Both the position numbers and the translations under genes were made by a program. From Oikopleura dioica (Eukaryota; Animalia; Chordata), in contig OU015567.1 in assembly GCA_907165135.1 (NCBI GenBank), positions 8,990,001 to 9,054,000 of the forward strand: a stretch of 64,000 bases of DNA, read 5' to 3'. Below, in pieces: positions 1 to 13,174 of the stretch; position 1 is the stretch's first letter, and each line of letters starts with the position of its first letter. A model generated the notes under the pieces. The model did no database searches. It had not been told where the DNA came from and was given only the letters and a program-made list of their open reading frames with translations.

Positions 1-1697
1 GAAGATAGCTGCCAGATGGAGCCGCATCAACCAAATCAGCTTCAACTATGACGTCCGTGCCTCGCCAATTCCACACTATCAACGAAATTTCTTTTCAAAT
101 AAATAAAAAATAATTGCTCTTCTGTTTCTCCTGGAAATAAACACTTCTTTCTTATCGCACTCTTTCATATATTTCACTGTTTTCCTTATTCAATAAAGGA
201 GAATTTCCAATCCTTTTATTAGCAAAATCCTTATCAGCATTCTTTTCTCGTTATGTTCAATGTTGCATGTGTAGTAAAAAACCTTTATAATTCCAAATGA
301 TACGAAATCAACAAGGAGTTCAATCCAACTTTAGTTTATTTTTCTGTTTCAGCAAGTTTTTCATTTTCCTTCCGCATCAAGTTCACCCTTCTTTATTCAT
401 TGTTATTTCTTCTGTTATATTTCCCAACTGACAAAAACGCTTCTCTTTCAAATATATATTTCCATGTCTTAATTGTCTCTTAGATATCAGAATACAATTA
501 AAACCATTCATGAAATTACTCTCTATTCTGTGTGTGATGACACTACTTGACGAAAATCCTGGCTTGGCGCCAGAATTTGTCACAAGAAACAGCGAGTAAG
601 GAGCAGAAATTGACAGAGCAAAGAGAAATTTCTTAGTTTTTTCGTGCCACTGTGCAGATAGGGAGCCGTTATTATAACAGTTGAAAGTAGACAGGTAATG
701 AGACTATTGTCGTACATTTCACTTGTTATGAAATGAAAAACAAAATCTCTTTCAAATGTCCCGAAATCAAGGAAGAGAATCGAATTTATCAGGCAAAAAT
801 CATCCTTCAAAGTGAATGAAACTTCTTTATTTATGAATGATTTGACTTTGAAAATTGGAGAGAGAAAAATTAGAACAAGGGAAAATGTGAAGAAAAGTCG
901 TAAATGATGGTCGCTTTGTTGCCGCCGAGTTGCGGTCCATTATTACGAAAAATAAATTAATTGACTTTTTCGCTACTCCAAGTTAACTTCAGACTTCAAA
1001 CTACTCTTAGAACGACAAACAAAGAATGTCGTAACGATGACGAGAGCTCGCAAAAAATGGACCGCCCAATAATGTCACTTTTCTTCTACTGTTATTCTTC
1101 CTAGAGAGAAAATTTTCGAAGAAGTTCTTCTGATTTACGCATTTGACCTTCAGTTCAGTATTTTCCCCAAGAGATGATAATTTTTATTTACACTCGTAAA
1201 AATATCTGAACAGTCTTTGCTAGCTGCTACCGTTCTCATTTTTATTGATACTCGACAAGAGAAGCACGTTTACTTTTTCCTACATTATGACGTCTGCCAG
1301 AGAGAAACGTCGCTTTATAGACTTTGAATATAAGCGCTAAATCCGCGCAAATTATTATTCACTCACTCAATTTGAAACATGAATCATTCTATAATCGGTC
1401 CTCCCCGAGAACGAAAGAGCGAGAGGGGGAAAGAGGAGTGTCACTCAGTGACAGTCACTGACTAAACAGCCAGTCTACTACTCAGCTTTTTAACAGAGAC
1501 TTGTTGGTACAGCAGACTTGTTTTTTCGCGCTTCTACTTGACTAAATCTTCAAAAAAATATTCTGACCTAAAAACATTCGCTCCTTTTTCTTACATTTGT
1601 CGCTAGTTGGCGCAGTTTTTTCCCAAAATAACGAAAGAATTGGAATTTAGAGAGGAACTCGGGTTGAGTGAAGGGACAAAAAAGAACTCAAGCAATC

Positions 1698-4600
1698 ATG
1701 GCGGGCGGCAATGCTGGAATGGAAGGAACGGTTGAAAATTCTCAAAAGAAATATTCATCGAAAACTTTATTTGAAATTTCTATATCGAAATTCAACCTAA
1801 AAGGGCTCATTCCGATGATAAACAAGCTGCAAGATGCATGTACGAAATCCGGGCAAGCTTTAGACATTGATCTACCTCAAATCGCCGTCGTTGGTGGCCA
1901 GAGTTCGGGAAAATCCTCCGTGTTGGAAAACTTTGTTGGTCGTGATTTTCTCCCGCGAGGAACTGGCATCGTAACGCGTAGACCCCTCGTTCTCCAGCTG
2001 GTGAATAACTCTGGTGGAGAATGGGGCGAGTTTTTGCACAAAAAGGGACAGAAGTTTTACCAGTTCGATCAAATCCGCGCTGAAATTGAACAAGAAACAG
2101 ACAGAACAACTGGTCATAATAAAGGTTAGTTTCAGAGCTCTAAATCCAGATCTAATAACGCGGATTATTCAGGCATTTCGCCCATTCCCATCAACTTGCG
2201 CGTCTTTTCTCCAAGGGTGCTGAACCTGACACTTGTTGATCTCCCGGGAATGACGAAGGTAGCCGTGGGAGACCAGCCGCCTGATATCGAGAGGCAAATC
2301 CGCGAAATGATAATGCAGTTTATTACCAAAGAATCTTGCCTGATCCTTGCTGTTTCGCCGGCTAATCAAGATTTGGCAAACTCAGATGCGCTCAAAATTG
2401 CCAAAGAAGTCGATCCGGAAGGAATGAGGACGATCGGAGTCTTGACAAAGTTGGATCTGATGGATCAAGGGACAGATGCGAAAGATATTCTTGAGAACAA
2501 ACTGCTTCCTCTTAGAAGGGGATATGTCGGTGTTGTCAATAGATCTCAGGTTTACTTTTTACTTTCCTGTTCATAAATTGATCGTTTTCTAGCGCGATAT
2601 CGAGACTCGTCGAAATATCCAAGACGCAATCCAAGCCGAGCGTAAATTCTTCCTCTCGCACCCTCGCTACCGCCATATGGAATCAAGAATGGGCACGCCC
2701 TATCTTCAAAAAGTCCTGAATCAACAGCTCACCAACCATATCCGCGAATCCCTGCCCAAAGTTCGAAGTCGATTAGCGAAGCAAATGACCGACATTGAAA
2801 AAGAAGTCAAGGACTTTAAAGATTTCAAGCCTGATGATCCGGGAAGACAGACGAGGACGATGTTGGGGCTGATTAATCAGTTTATGAACGTCTTCGGCGA
2901 GACGATCGAGGGCCATTCAGGTTTGAGGGTTGTAAGAAGACTAGTATAATTCAAATATTAATTTAGGTGTGACTGTCAGCGTCGACGAGTTGAGCATCGG
3001 TGCTAGAATCAACAGAATCTTCCACGACCGTCTTCCAATCAAGCTAGCTGAACGGACAATCGATGAGAAACATCTTCGGAGGGAAATCAAGATCGCTATT
3101 CAAAACATTCGTGGTGTAAGGACTGGTCTCTTTACACCGGATATGGCTTTTGAGCGAATTGTCAAGGAACAAATCACTGTCATGAAAAACGCTCCCCTGG
3201 AAATTGTCGACCAGGTCACGAATCAGGTGCGAAAGTCAATATTAGGTATGAAATTTTGGAAAATTTTAGCTCACTGGTGCCATCCGAGAATGCACGAAAA
3301 ATATGGCCAATTTTCCGACTTTGCGAGAAGAAGTCGACCGATTAGTAGCGTAAGTTTTAAGGATACTCTCGTCGTGATTGACTGGCTAACTCCTCATTCA
3401 GAACTTATATTCGACAACAAGAAGGGAAAACAAAAGACTTTATCGATAACCTGTTCGCGTACGAAACTGCCTACATAAACACCAACCACGATGACTTCAT
3501 CGGATTCACGCAAGCTGCTGCCAACACCACCACTGAGATTAAAAAGAATCCCAACCAACAACCCAAAAACATGGTCATCAGAAAAGGATGGCTGAGCATC
3601 AACAATCTTGGAATGATGAGAGGTAAGCCCAGAAAAAAACTGTCACAAGTGAAATATTTTTATTTCTATAGTTTTTCACGCAAGCAACAGTAAGTTTATA
3701 GGCTCTAGCGGCAACAGTAGCATAAAATCATAATTATATAAAAAGCAGCATTTTTATTAACAGTTTCTAGTATTGTACAGCTTGAAAGGTTAACGGATCA
3801 TTTTTCTCATCCCATTCTTGATGCTGGTCTAGATTTTTTGATAATCGCACCCAATTCCGCTAAAATCCGATTTGAAATCAGCAACGACTATTCTCTCTCT
3901 CTCTTACTTACCAGTAATCTCCTAGCTGCATGATCAGGAGCAACATAAGAGCCGAGTAGATAAGGTTTTTCGTAGCTTTCTACATTTTGTAAAATCAATG
4001 ACACGAATAGTAAAATCATGAACATCAATTTTCGAAGCATTGTTCTTTGCTAACTCTTTGCTAAGTACTATTGAGCTTGACGCTTTACCGGGGGAAGCTT
4101 TTTAACCAACCGCGTTATTAAAAATTCAACCAAAGATATCCCTTGAGTTGTAATTCCACCTTGCGGCGAAATCTGTATCTTGGCCCTCACTAGACTCCGT
4201 ATCTTTTGAATAATCGAAAGATCTCACAATAAACAGACCCTTTAATTAATCCGTTACTTATTTAACTGTAGCTATTTTGGAAGACAGACCGTAGATTTCT
4301 TCAAAAGAAACCCTGGCAATACAATCATAAAAACTCATATAAAATAGCAATTTTCTTATAAAACGTATTATTTTCATAAATTATTTTAGGTGGCTCCAAA
4401 GAATTCTGGTTTGTCCTGACCGCCGAGTCCCTCTCCTGGTTCAAAGATGACCAAGAGAAAGACAATAAATACACAATCGTCCTCAGTCCCGAAATGCGCC
4501 TCCGCCCAGTCGAGAAGAAATCCGTTTTCGGAGCTCACTTCATCTTCCAAATCTTCAATACAGAAAACAAAAACATCTTCAAGGATCATAAAACTCTAGA

Positions 4601-6444
4601 CCTTTCCTGTCGCGATGCTGATAGCTTGGAGACCTGGCAGGCTTCATTTTTAAGAGCGGGTGTTCTTCCGGAGTACAAGAAGCCGGAGGAAGAAGGTATT
4701 TATACAGATATTTATATTGTGCCTAAATAACCAATATTTTCAGAGAAAAAAGGTTTGCCGTGAATGTCTTTATTAACACTTAACCAAATCAAATTACACA
4801 TTTAAACCGTACCCATCACATCCTAAAACTAAACCCTCTTATGAAACTACACTAGAATCCCTAATCAATCGTCTTGACCCGTCCTCAAGACGGTAGTCAA
4901 TGATGCCCTTCTGTATGTTCTTGTAAATAAGATATATGTGTCGAAAAGGCACATATATACAGTTGTCCAGTTACAAGCATGCGTGTTTCCTGTCCAGTTA
5001 AATCCAATCAAGTTCGAAGTCGTGTTTTCAGGGACCGCCGCAGAAGAAGACTTAGATCAACAGATCGAGGACTCGAAAGACCCGCAACTTGAACGTCAAG
5101 TTGAAACAATTCGTAATCTGGTCGATTCATACATAGGAATCGTCATCAAAAACCTCAAGGTAAATAATCAAAGAGATTACTCTTCAGGATCTCAGTAAGA
5201 GTCCTTAAAAGAATCACGAACTACACATTTTGAGAGGTCAAGTGTGACTCAACTACAAACAATTTCATGCTCCAAAGATGAAAAAATCATCATGAAAAGA
5301 GCTCACAACAATTTAACGATAAATAAGCATAAAATATTGAAACTGAGTGTTTTATTAAAAACAAACCCTTTGATTACACACTCTGGTTGCACATTTTTAT
5401 TACAACCTTGTTTTAGGATCAAGTTCCAAAGATGATAATGTACCACATGCTGAACGCTACCCGAAACTTCATCGCGGAAGAACTGCTGGCTCAGATCTAC
5501 GCCGAAGTAAACATCAGCGCAGCAATGGAGGAATCGCCGCAGGAGCTCGAGCGCAAGACCGAATTGCTCAACATCTTCCATTCACTCAAAGAGGCTGTTA
5601 AAATTATTGGAGACATTAATATTTCGACGCACTCGACACCGACCCCCGCCGCGGTCGATTACAACTGGGTACAGGTATTTGCTCTTCCTTCTTTTAATTC
5701 CATCTTCCTTTCTTTCACTCTTTCTTTTTCTATCCTTCCTTCTCTTCTAGTCCTCATCTGGTCCTCTCGTTCGTTACGGGCTCTCGAAACTTTCATTAAA
5801 AATCAAGGCGGCTTCCAAAGATTGTCGATATCATTGTAGTGGATAATCTTCGAGAGCTTAAAATTTCTTTCTGAGCCCGTGAATAAGACGACAAGTATCT
5901 CAAGTCACGAGTACTCCTCCTCCTCCTTCACTTCCGAATTCTCGCACGCCTCCTATTCCTTCACGGCCAAGCAACACTCAACCGCTAAAGCCAACTCCCT
6001 CCCCTTTACTAATCGACTTTCAGGAAAATCAAAGGCAAGCGCCGCCGCAGCAAACGCCATTTAGCCAACCACAGCTTATGCCAGCTCCTTCGAATAGCTA
6101 CGGCGGATATGGAGGCCCTCCAGCAGCTGGTGGACTTCCTTCGGCCATGGCTCGCCAGAGCAGGGCGAGTCCCGGTCCGGGCATGGGCAACAGAGCAGCT
6201 CCAGGTAAATTTTTAATCGCTTGATTTTGATGTACCGACAAACTTTGTCAAACAGCGACTTGATGTCAGGACGACAACAAGGAGTACTTGATAAGGGAAC
6301 ATCAGGATGTCAACGTGGTTCATCGAAAAAGTCCAGGAGCAACCTTTTAAACTGTCTATTTTAGCCATTCCTCCGCGACCCTCTGGCGGTGCTCCCCCTC
6401 CGGTACCGAATCGACCAACTCAAACGCGAAACAACTTTTACTGA
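1698..6444 (+). CDS. DNM: Dynamin (GTPase, middle, PH, GED and proline-rich domains), multi-exon
   Basis: Motifs [44 protein letters not shown]; PH domain ([11 protein letters not shown]...[10 protein letters not shown]); GED ([18 protein letters not shown]); Pro-rich tail ending TGA at 6442-6444. Exons join through short introns. Confidence 0.96.
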
Positions 6445-7301
6445 CGAGACCTCCTTCCGAACTTCCTCCCCAACTTAGTGCACTTGAAGAGCAAATACTC
6501 TCCCTCTGAAAAAATGAACGGGCCAGCGAAAATGAAAATCTGCTTCATTTCTGACAGTGAATTTGTTTAAAAACTTCTTATTCTTTGAAAAAGAATCGTC
6601 TTTATTCCCTTCGCCGCTTGAGTCTTCCTCTTTCCAACAAAAAAAATTTGTTGCCAATGTCTAAAAAATAAATCTAAGACTTTGAAATATAAAAATTCAT
6701 ACAAAAAACCACCACCAATTCAGTTTCCCTGCTTCATTTTCCTTTGCATGCGTTCCAATAGTCGAGAATACTCAATTCTAGTGCCTTTCACTTCAATCTA
6801 TTTTTTTTCCGTTTTCAAACCCAAGGTTCAGCTCAAAAGTTCCAATATTTCCGATTTCGATAATTTTCAAAGAAATGAGCTTTTCGGTCAAAATTTCAAA
6901 TTTCGCCGAATAGAGTCCAGTGTTAAAAAATGCGATGGCTTCATGAATATGAAAAAATATTTCCTGCTGTGTCGAGTAAAATTCTAAATAAAAAATATAC
7001 TTCTTTCTGTTGCAAGGATAGCGAAATTATAAACATTAGTGGCTCCTTTATCGCACCAATACTTTTATTTAACTGTGTTTTATATAATTTTTATAATATA
7101 ATATTTGAACAATACTTTCTGAATAAGACTTCTGTTCAAGAGATTTGTCAGTTCTACTTCTATATTAAAATCAATGCTGTATTAAAATAACCTCGATCCA
7201 ACTTGAATTTCAAGCAATAAATATCCTTCAATCTAGCAGAAATCTCAGAAAACACTTGAAAATCAAGGGTTTTCTAGAACCAATTTTTCATTTTTTTAAC
7301 C

Positions 7302-7450
7302 GGTTAGTACTCATTATAAAGAAGTCGTCATTATAAAGAAGTCGTCATTATAAAGAAGTCGTCATTATAAACGGCTTTATAATGAAGCCTTTTTTATAAT
7401 GAAGCCTTTTTTTATAATGATGCCTTTTCTTTATAATGAGTCCAAAATTT
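7302..7450. repeat. Left arm of an inverted repeat, built of ~17-bp TCATTATAAAGAAGTCG units arranged palindromically
   Basis: Its reverse complement aligns with 9123-9271 (GGTTAGTACTCATTATAAAGAAGTC...); the units switch orientation at AAACGGCTTT. Confidence 0.9.
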
Positions 7451-7486
7451 CTGATTATATGCGTAAACAGAGCTGACTGTACTTAT

Positions 7487-8863
7487 TTACTTTACTTGTA
7501 TTACCGGAGATAATAAAAGATAATAAGAAAACAAATATTTTATGAATAAATCGATCGCGTAGTTGGCGTAGACTTCCTTTCGGACGATGAAGTATTCTTC
7601 GGAAAGAGCTCCTTCGACTTGAATAACGCCATTCGCATTCTTTTTGATGCTCACTTTTTCGTTGCAAACCAAATTTCCTCCTGAAGAACGTTTTAAAAAG
7701 TTGCTTGAGTAATCAAATCTTGCCGATAAATTCTGCTTGCATGCCCATTTCGATTAGCTTTGACTTGAGATCTGTAAGCTTTGTATCGTTTATGAAGATA
7801 GTGTCGTCCCCACTTGAGCAGGTATTTGAAACAGGCTAAGAAATAATAACGAACTTTTAATTTTTCCCTTTACTTTACCTGAAAAGTTGGAATATCATCA
7901 ATTTCAAGCTTTCTCGGCTCTTCCAACTCCTCCTGCAGCTCGAGTCGACCGCCAAAGTAGTCCAGTCTTCCTCGAATTCTCGCGACTTCGATATCTTTGC
8001 TTCCAACGCGAACGAAATTCAAGTAGCTCTAAAGAGAATCCTTCGATTTCAGCTGGTAGATGAAGCTTTCCTTCGTTGCGTCGATAAATTCGTGATGCTG
8101 TAAATTTTCCCGTTAAATTCTGGTAGATAGAAGAAAGAACTTACCACTGGCATGTGAATTTTTATTCCCTGGACTCTTGATTTGATATCTTTGATGAGCT
8201 TGTCCTTGTACTTTTCTTTCGTGCAGATAAGGATCAATTCTTTTGGCTTGATTGTCGACAGGATTTGGAGTTGAGATTCGCCGTCGACTCGTCCTTCGAA
8301 ATCGATGAATTTGATGTTGCATCTTATTGAAACCTGGAATTTAAAATGACTAATTGGACGAAAAAGGTTAAAGTTACCTGTTCTCGTGATTTGATACACT
8401 TTGTCGGCATTTTTTCTTTTTCTTCGGGAGTGTCAGCTTTTCTCTTCTTCTTTTGATTAGGATTGTGGCGGCCAAAAGTAACAGACTGTTCTCTTCCAGC
8501 TAAATCGTCATTTGAAGGATGACTTTCAGGAATTAGCTCGTGCGTTTTGTAGTCGTCTGGATTGATAATTTCGCCGTAATCGTCCCATTTTATTCGATTC
8601 TCGTTGAAAGGAAACATCGGGAACTTCTCCTTTCGCGCCTTTTTGAAGAAACCGCCTTCTTTCTTTTGCTGATGATGGGGCATCATGATGTCGTAAATTC
8701 GCTTTTTCTGAAATATTCCGTCAAAAAAGGCCTGAAGGAAGAGCTTTTACCTTGACGATTTTTTTCTTGGCAACAACGTTTTCATTTTCATTATCCGATT
8801 CGTCGCTCGACTCTTCCTGCAATCGCTTGATGAGTTTGGCGTGCTTTTCTGACAGCCGGAACT
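7487..8863 (-). pseudogene. CPSF2: C-terminal half of cleavage and polyadenylation factor subunit 2 (CPSF100); 5' half not found in the window
   Basis: Exons encode SSDESD, FFKKARKEKFPMFPF...IKWDDYGEII, KFIDFEGRVDGES, IFINDTKLTDLK...QAEFIGGNLVC...YAI, all matching the CPSF2 C-terminus. No metallo-beta-lactamase or beta-CASP N-terminal exons are seen upstream. Confidence 0.8.
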
Positions 8864-9122
8864 CTTATTTTTTAAATTCTGCCTTTTTCATTGATAAATC
8901 GCGTCTTATAAAATGCAAAAATATAACAACTTAAAATTTTTGATAAGGACCTCTCTATAAATAGAGGGGCCCTCAAAAGCCATAATAGTTTCTTTGATTT
9001 CTTTGTTTTTATTAACAGTATAATAAGAAGTCCATTTATAGATTCATCTTTTACCAAATTCTCTGTATGCATCCAACATGTCTGAGTTTCTATGGTACGC
9101 ATGTTCATTTTTCGCAGAATGA

Positions 9123-9271
9123 AAAATTTTGTCTTCATTATAAAGAAAAAGGCATCATTATAAAAAAAGCTTCATTATAAAGAAGTCTTCATTATAAAGC
9201 CGTTTATAATGAAGACTTCTTTATAATGATGTCGTTTTATAATGACGACTTCTTTATAATGAGTACTAACC
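9123..9271. repeat. Right arm of the inverted repeat (partner of 7302-7450)
   Basis: Same TCATTATAAAG/CTTTATAATGA units; ends GAGTACTAACC. Confidence 0.9.
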
Positions 9272-9768
9272 CACCAGGCAGTTCAGAACGTACCGCAGGA
9301 AGATAATGGGGTGTTACGTCATCCATTACTAATAAAAAAATTACTCATCTTAGGGTTCAACAAGCAAATCACAGCCACGAAATTCCGTGCGTAAACAAAC
9401 AAAAAAATTGACGGCAAAAAGACTCTGAAAAAAAAGGAAAGAAAAAGTGAGAGTGGAAATGGCTTATCGGTAAGAATCTGTAAATTATAGAGTCTATAAT
9501 ATAGACAGCTTTTACTAACACATTTGAAATTTTACCTAATGATCCGCCCATTGAACCGGAACCATCTGGTGGCCACGCGCACCGGGGGATCGCAGCTTAC
9601 TTTTTTCTGAGAATAGGCCGCTCAAATATTACTTTGGGATTTTTATCTGATCCCGCTGAGATTTCACGATGATAATCTTTACAGCGCCACCATATGATGG
9701 GGCCAACTGATTATATAAGGTCACTCGAAAGTGTGAAATTAGACAATAAGAAATAATTCAGTAAAGGA

Positions 9769-10893
9769 ATGAAGATCAGCAAGCGAGAAATGCGATCCCT
9801 GCAAAACTCCTTCGGTAAAACTCCTTTCACCCAGCCGGACATCCACCAAGCGAAAGAGGTTCCAAGAGAGACTGTTTTGACGAAGGTAAACATCTTCGTT
9901 ATTTTTTCCTTTTATCAGATTTTTCAGAACGATGGTGGCGAATGGGATCGTACGTGGCTTCAGCAAATGGACTTGCTGTCCATCTTCTTCGAAGCCCCCA
10001 ACCATCCGAAACCAGTGACCGTTTTGGATCCTCAGACCGAGGAGTTGTACCGACGCTTGGTTCACGAACAAGAGATGGAAATTTTCAAGAAAAATGAGAT
10101 TGAGCGACAAGAACGTCTAGCGCGCCTTCCGAAAGATCCCCGAAAGAGAAAGTCAAGTGAGCAGCAACCGGCAGAGAGCAAGCGTCGAAACATTGAACCG
10201 TCCCAAGATCAAGTCGTCTCAATCGTCGATAGTCCAAAACGCCAAGAGAATACCGAAAAGATTGAAGTTGAGAGCACATTCCAGTCGGAGGATTACCTCC
10301 AATACAAGAACAATTTGCAGTTCCGCCAGCAAATAGCCCAACTTGTAGATGAGACCGATTCAGAGGAATCTGCAGTTGAGAAAGATGACGCCGTTGATGT
10401 CTTCATTCCAGGTAAATTTTTAGGTTAAACAATCAGATCTTATATTGAGCTTTAGGTTTTGATGATGACTCCGACGAGGCCGATGACGGCTTCAATATGC
10501 AGAGTATTGAAGATGAGGTTGACACCATTGAGGAGGACTCTACCGAAGTCAGCGAGGTTGACGTTTCAGGTGAGAAATTACTTTGGTTTTATTCATTTTT
10601 TGATTTTTTCCGTTGTTTTTTTTATCATCAATCATTATTCAGAAATGGACTCAACCCTCAACGCGACTCCACCGCCAAAAACATCTCCTTCAGCTCGCCG
10701 ATCTTGGTATCATCAGCACGAAATGCTAGAATCAAGCGACGATGAGGATGAGGAAGAGGAGAACACAACCATCATCAAGAATGAGAATCAAGTCAATACT
10801 GAGATCGCCAAACAACTACCTGATGATGCTGACGAGAACAGCGACGACGACGATGATGTTCAGTTCGTCTCTGAGACCATCGTCATCGACTAA
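9769..10893 (+). CDS. Uncharacterised protein with an acidic C-terminus, ~4 exons
   Basis: ORFs 9769-10428, 10497-10745 and 10459-10893 can be joined through short GT-AG introns; D/E-rich; no recognisable family. Confidence 0.6.
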
Positions 10894-11360
10894 TTTGTAA
10901 AAAAATATTTTGTACATTTCATTTTTCACATTCGTATGCAATATTGTACCACGCAATAAAATTTCATTCACTTCATTTTAATGCTTAGTGTTTTACTTTT
11001 TTGTGTGTTCTCAGAGCATTTTAAGTTTGCATAAGAAAGTGTGAGGAATGGTTTCGCAGGTGGTAGAATTAAGTTATTGGTGGTGAGTTCGGAAGAAGTG
11101 CTTGGTTAGGTTATCGTCTCTCTTCTTTCGTTGGACTTATCCCCTCGTGCAGGGCCCGTCGTAGCCTTTGAATCCACCCTGCGTTGATTCAAAGTTGAAC
11201 GGAATCGGCCCCCTTTCAGTTTGAATCTAAAATCGAACGTTATTCCTCATGTTTACTTCGCCACGAAACGAAGTCTATTCTCCAATCTCTTTCTAATTTA
11301 AATGTTTATCAACAATTTTGAACGGATTCGTAAGAAAATCTTTCCCTCCAGCGATAATAT

Positions 11361-13107
11361 TTACAAAAGTTTATCCCTCTTCCGCTGTTTTTCGCTCATA
11401 TTCTGATTTTAAACGTTCACTTACCGGTCTCATGTAATTTCTTTCTTTGGCGTCGACGACGAAATTGGGTTTTCTTACGTTTGAGATTCCGCGCATTTCG
11501 TTCTGCACACGTTTTGCTAGACAGAAGGGTTAATAGACACACCTCTAAAATCCGCTTACCTTTCTTGTCCTCGTTATGACATCGTCTAACCAAACAGTAA
11601 GACACCAGCGAGATGACAAGAATCGCCGCTGGCCAAAAAAGTGCATGGAAGATGTGGACCTTTTTAAACTTCTTTTCGGAGATCACCTAAAATAATTATT
11701 TAGCGAAAACGCAGGTGGGGCTTTAGCGGTACCTGTGTTGAGTTGTTTGGATTGTAGAAGCACTTGTAGGTCTTACTTGGCTCGCCCCATTTATTTCGGA
11801 AGTGCTCGACGTCGATTTTGTTCATTCTTGAATCAGACTTGCAGGCTGAGAAGGAGCATTCGTTGGAGGTGGACATCATTTGAAGCTCATTTTCGAAGAG
11901 GACTCCGTATTTGGTGCCGCTAATAATGTGGTGTTAGGAATAATAACGATTCCGGCTTGTTTTTAGGGTCGGAAAATATCGTTGCAGCTAATTGGTCTAT
12001 CTGCCGATTTTTGCTAATTAGATTTGGGCTAATGAAGTCACTTACTCTTCATAAGTATCAGCAATGTTTCCATATTCTGTTTCGTTTTCAGCGTCATAAT
12101 CTGGAAGAGGAATGATTCTACTCCATGGATCGTTGAAAGTGCTATCTTTGGTAGTGTACGCAACTCGGATTTGCAAGCAGGAATATCTTTATGTAATTTT
12201 TAATCTCACTTTCTTCATACAACTTCTGATAACTTACGTTGACATGCAATAAGGATCGTCGTTGGTGAAACCTCCACATTTGCACTCCCTTCTGCCCAAA
12301 TGCTTCGTCGTGATAACCTCACAATCTGCTTCGAGGAAATTTTGCGTGACAATGGCAGGCTTCACGACCATAAAACCAGTGAGAATTAGAGCGAGGGAAG
12401 AGAAGAAGATCGAAACGACAACTAGAATTTGAGATTTTTATTTGCTCAAAAGCGGAAGTACAAAAAATGGTGCGCTGATTCAATCATGCGCGTCTATTAA
12501 CGTTAGAAATGACCCGCTATTAGCCACGTGATAACGCCTTTAGAAGGTATTTTTTGATTGAGTGATTTTACTGCTCCGTTAATTGCTATAGCAAATATCG
12601 TAAGTCTTACAGTCACTATCTGTGCTTAGAGCGCGAATGCATTTTTGACCGCTAATTCAAAATAGCAATGATTGGGTTGCATTTTAGCACTTCTTCTAGA
12701 AGGACCTAGGTCAAACCAACCAAGTGGTGTCATCTGATTCTTGTAAGCACCGTAATCGAATACGAAGGCGGATGCATTAATCCGATGTGAGTTCATGCCT
12801 CGAATAAGACGTGTAGAATCCGGCTCGGAGAAAAGGAACATTATGAGTTTTAAAATGTTCTTTTTTATCGAAGTCTTTTTATTTATCATAACATTTTTTA
12901 TTGATTTACATCTAGTGTTTCTTATCAAATCAAGCTGAAGCTGTTGTATCAAAACATACCTAAAGAAATGCACCAATGCTGCAATTCACAAGCTGTTCTT
13001 TTCGACTGCAGAATCGCATAATTCGATCTGAGTTCCTCCACTGGAATAATCGGATGTTGGCTTTTCGGTGCCACTATATTTCCGTTTGCGTCTCTAGGCA
13101 TGTCCAT
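11361..13107 (-). CDS. BK-channel beta subunit-like (KCNMB/CaKB-type) two-TM protein
   Basis: TM1 VVSIFFSSLALILTGFMVVKP; Cys-rich loop (CEV...CKC...YSCLQIRV...ECSFSAC...YKCFYNP); TM2 HIFHALFWPAAILVISLV, resembling KCNMB 'LFHSLFWP'. Confidence 0.72.
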
Positions 13108-13174
13108 CTTCTCTGTGTGCGATTTTATCTTTGTTCTCTCTCAGTCAAAAATCTATTTGGTAATGAATTTTCTG

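Noticed and set aside
1-1100. Possible minus-strand gene at the window start
   Set aside because: Fragmented ORFs with stops and frameshifts and no recognisable motif.
7311-7440. Regular 17-bp repeats resembling a CRISPR array
   Set aside because: No unique spacers, the units invert midway, and the context is eukaryotic; it is an inverted-repeat arm.
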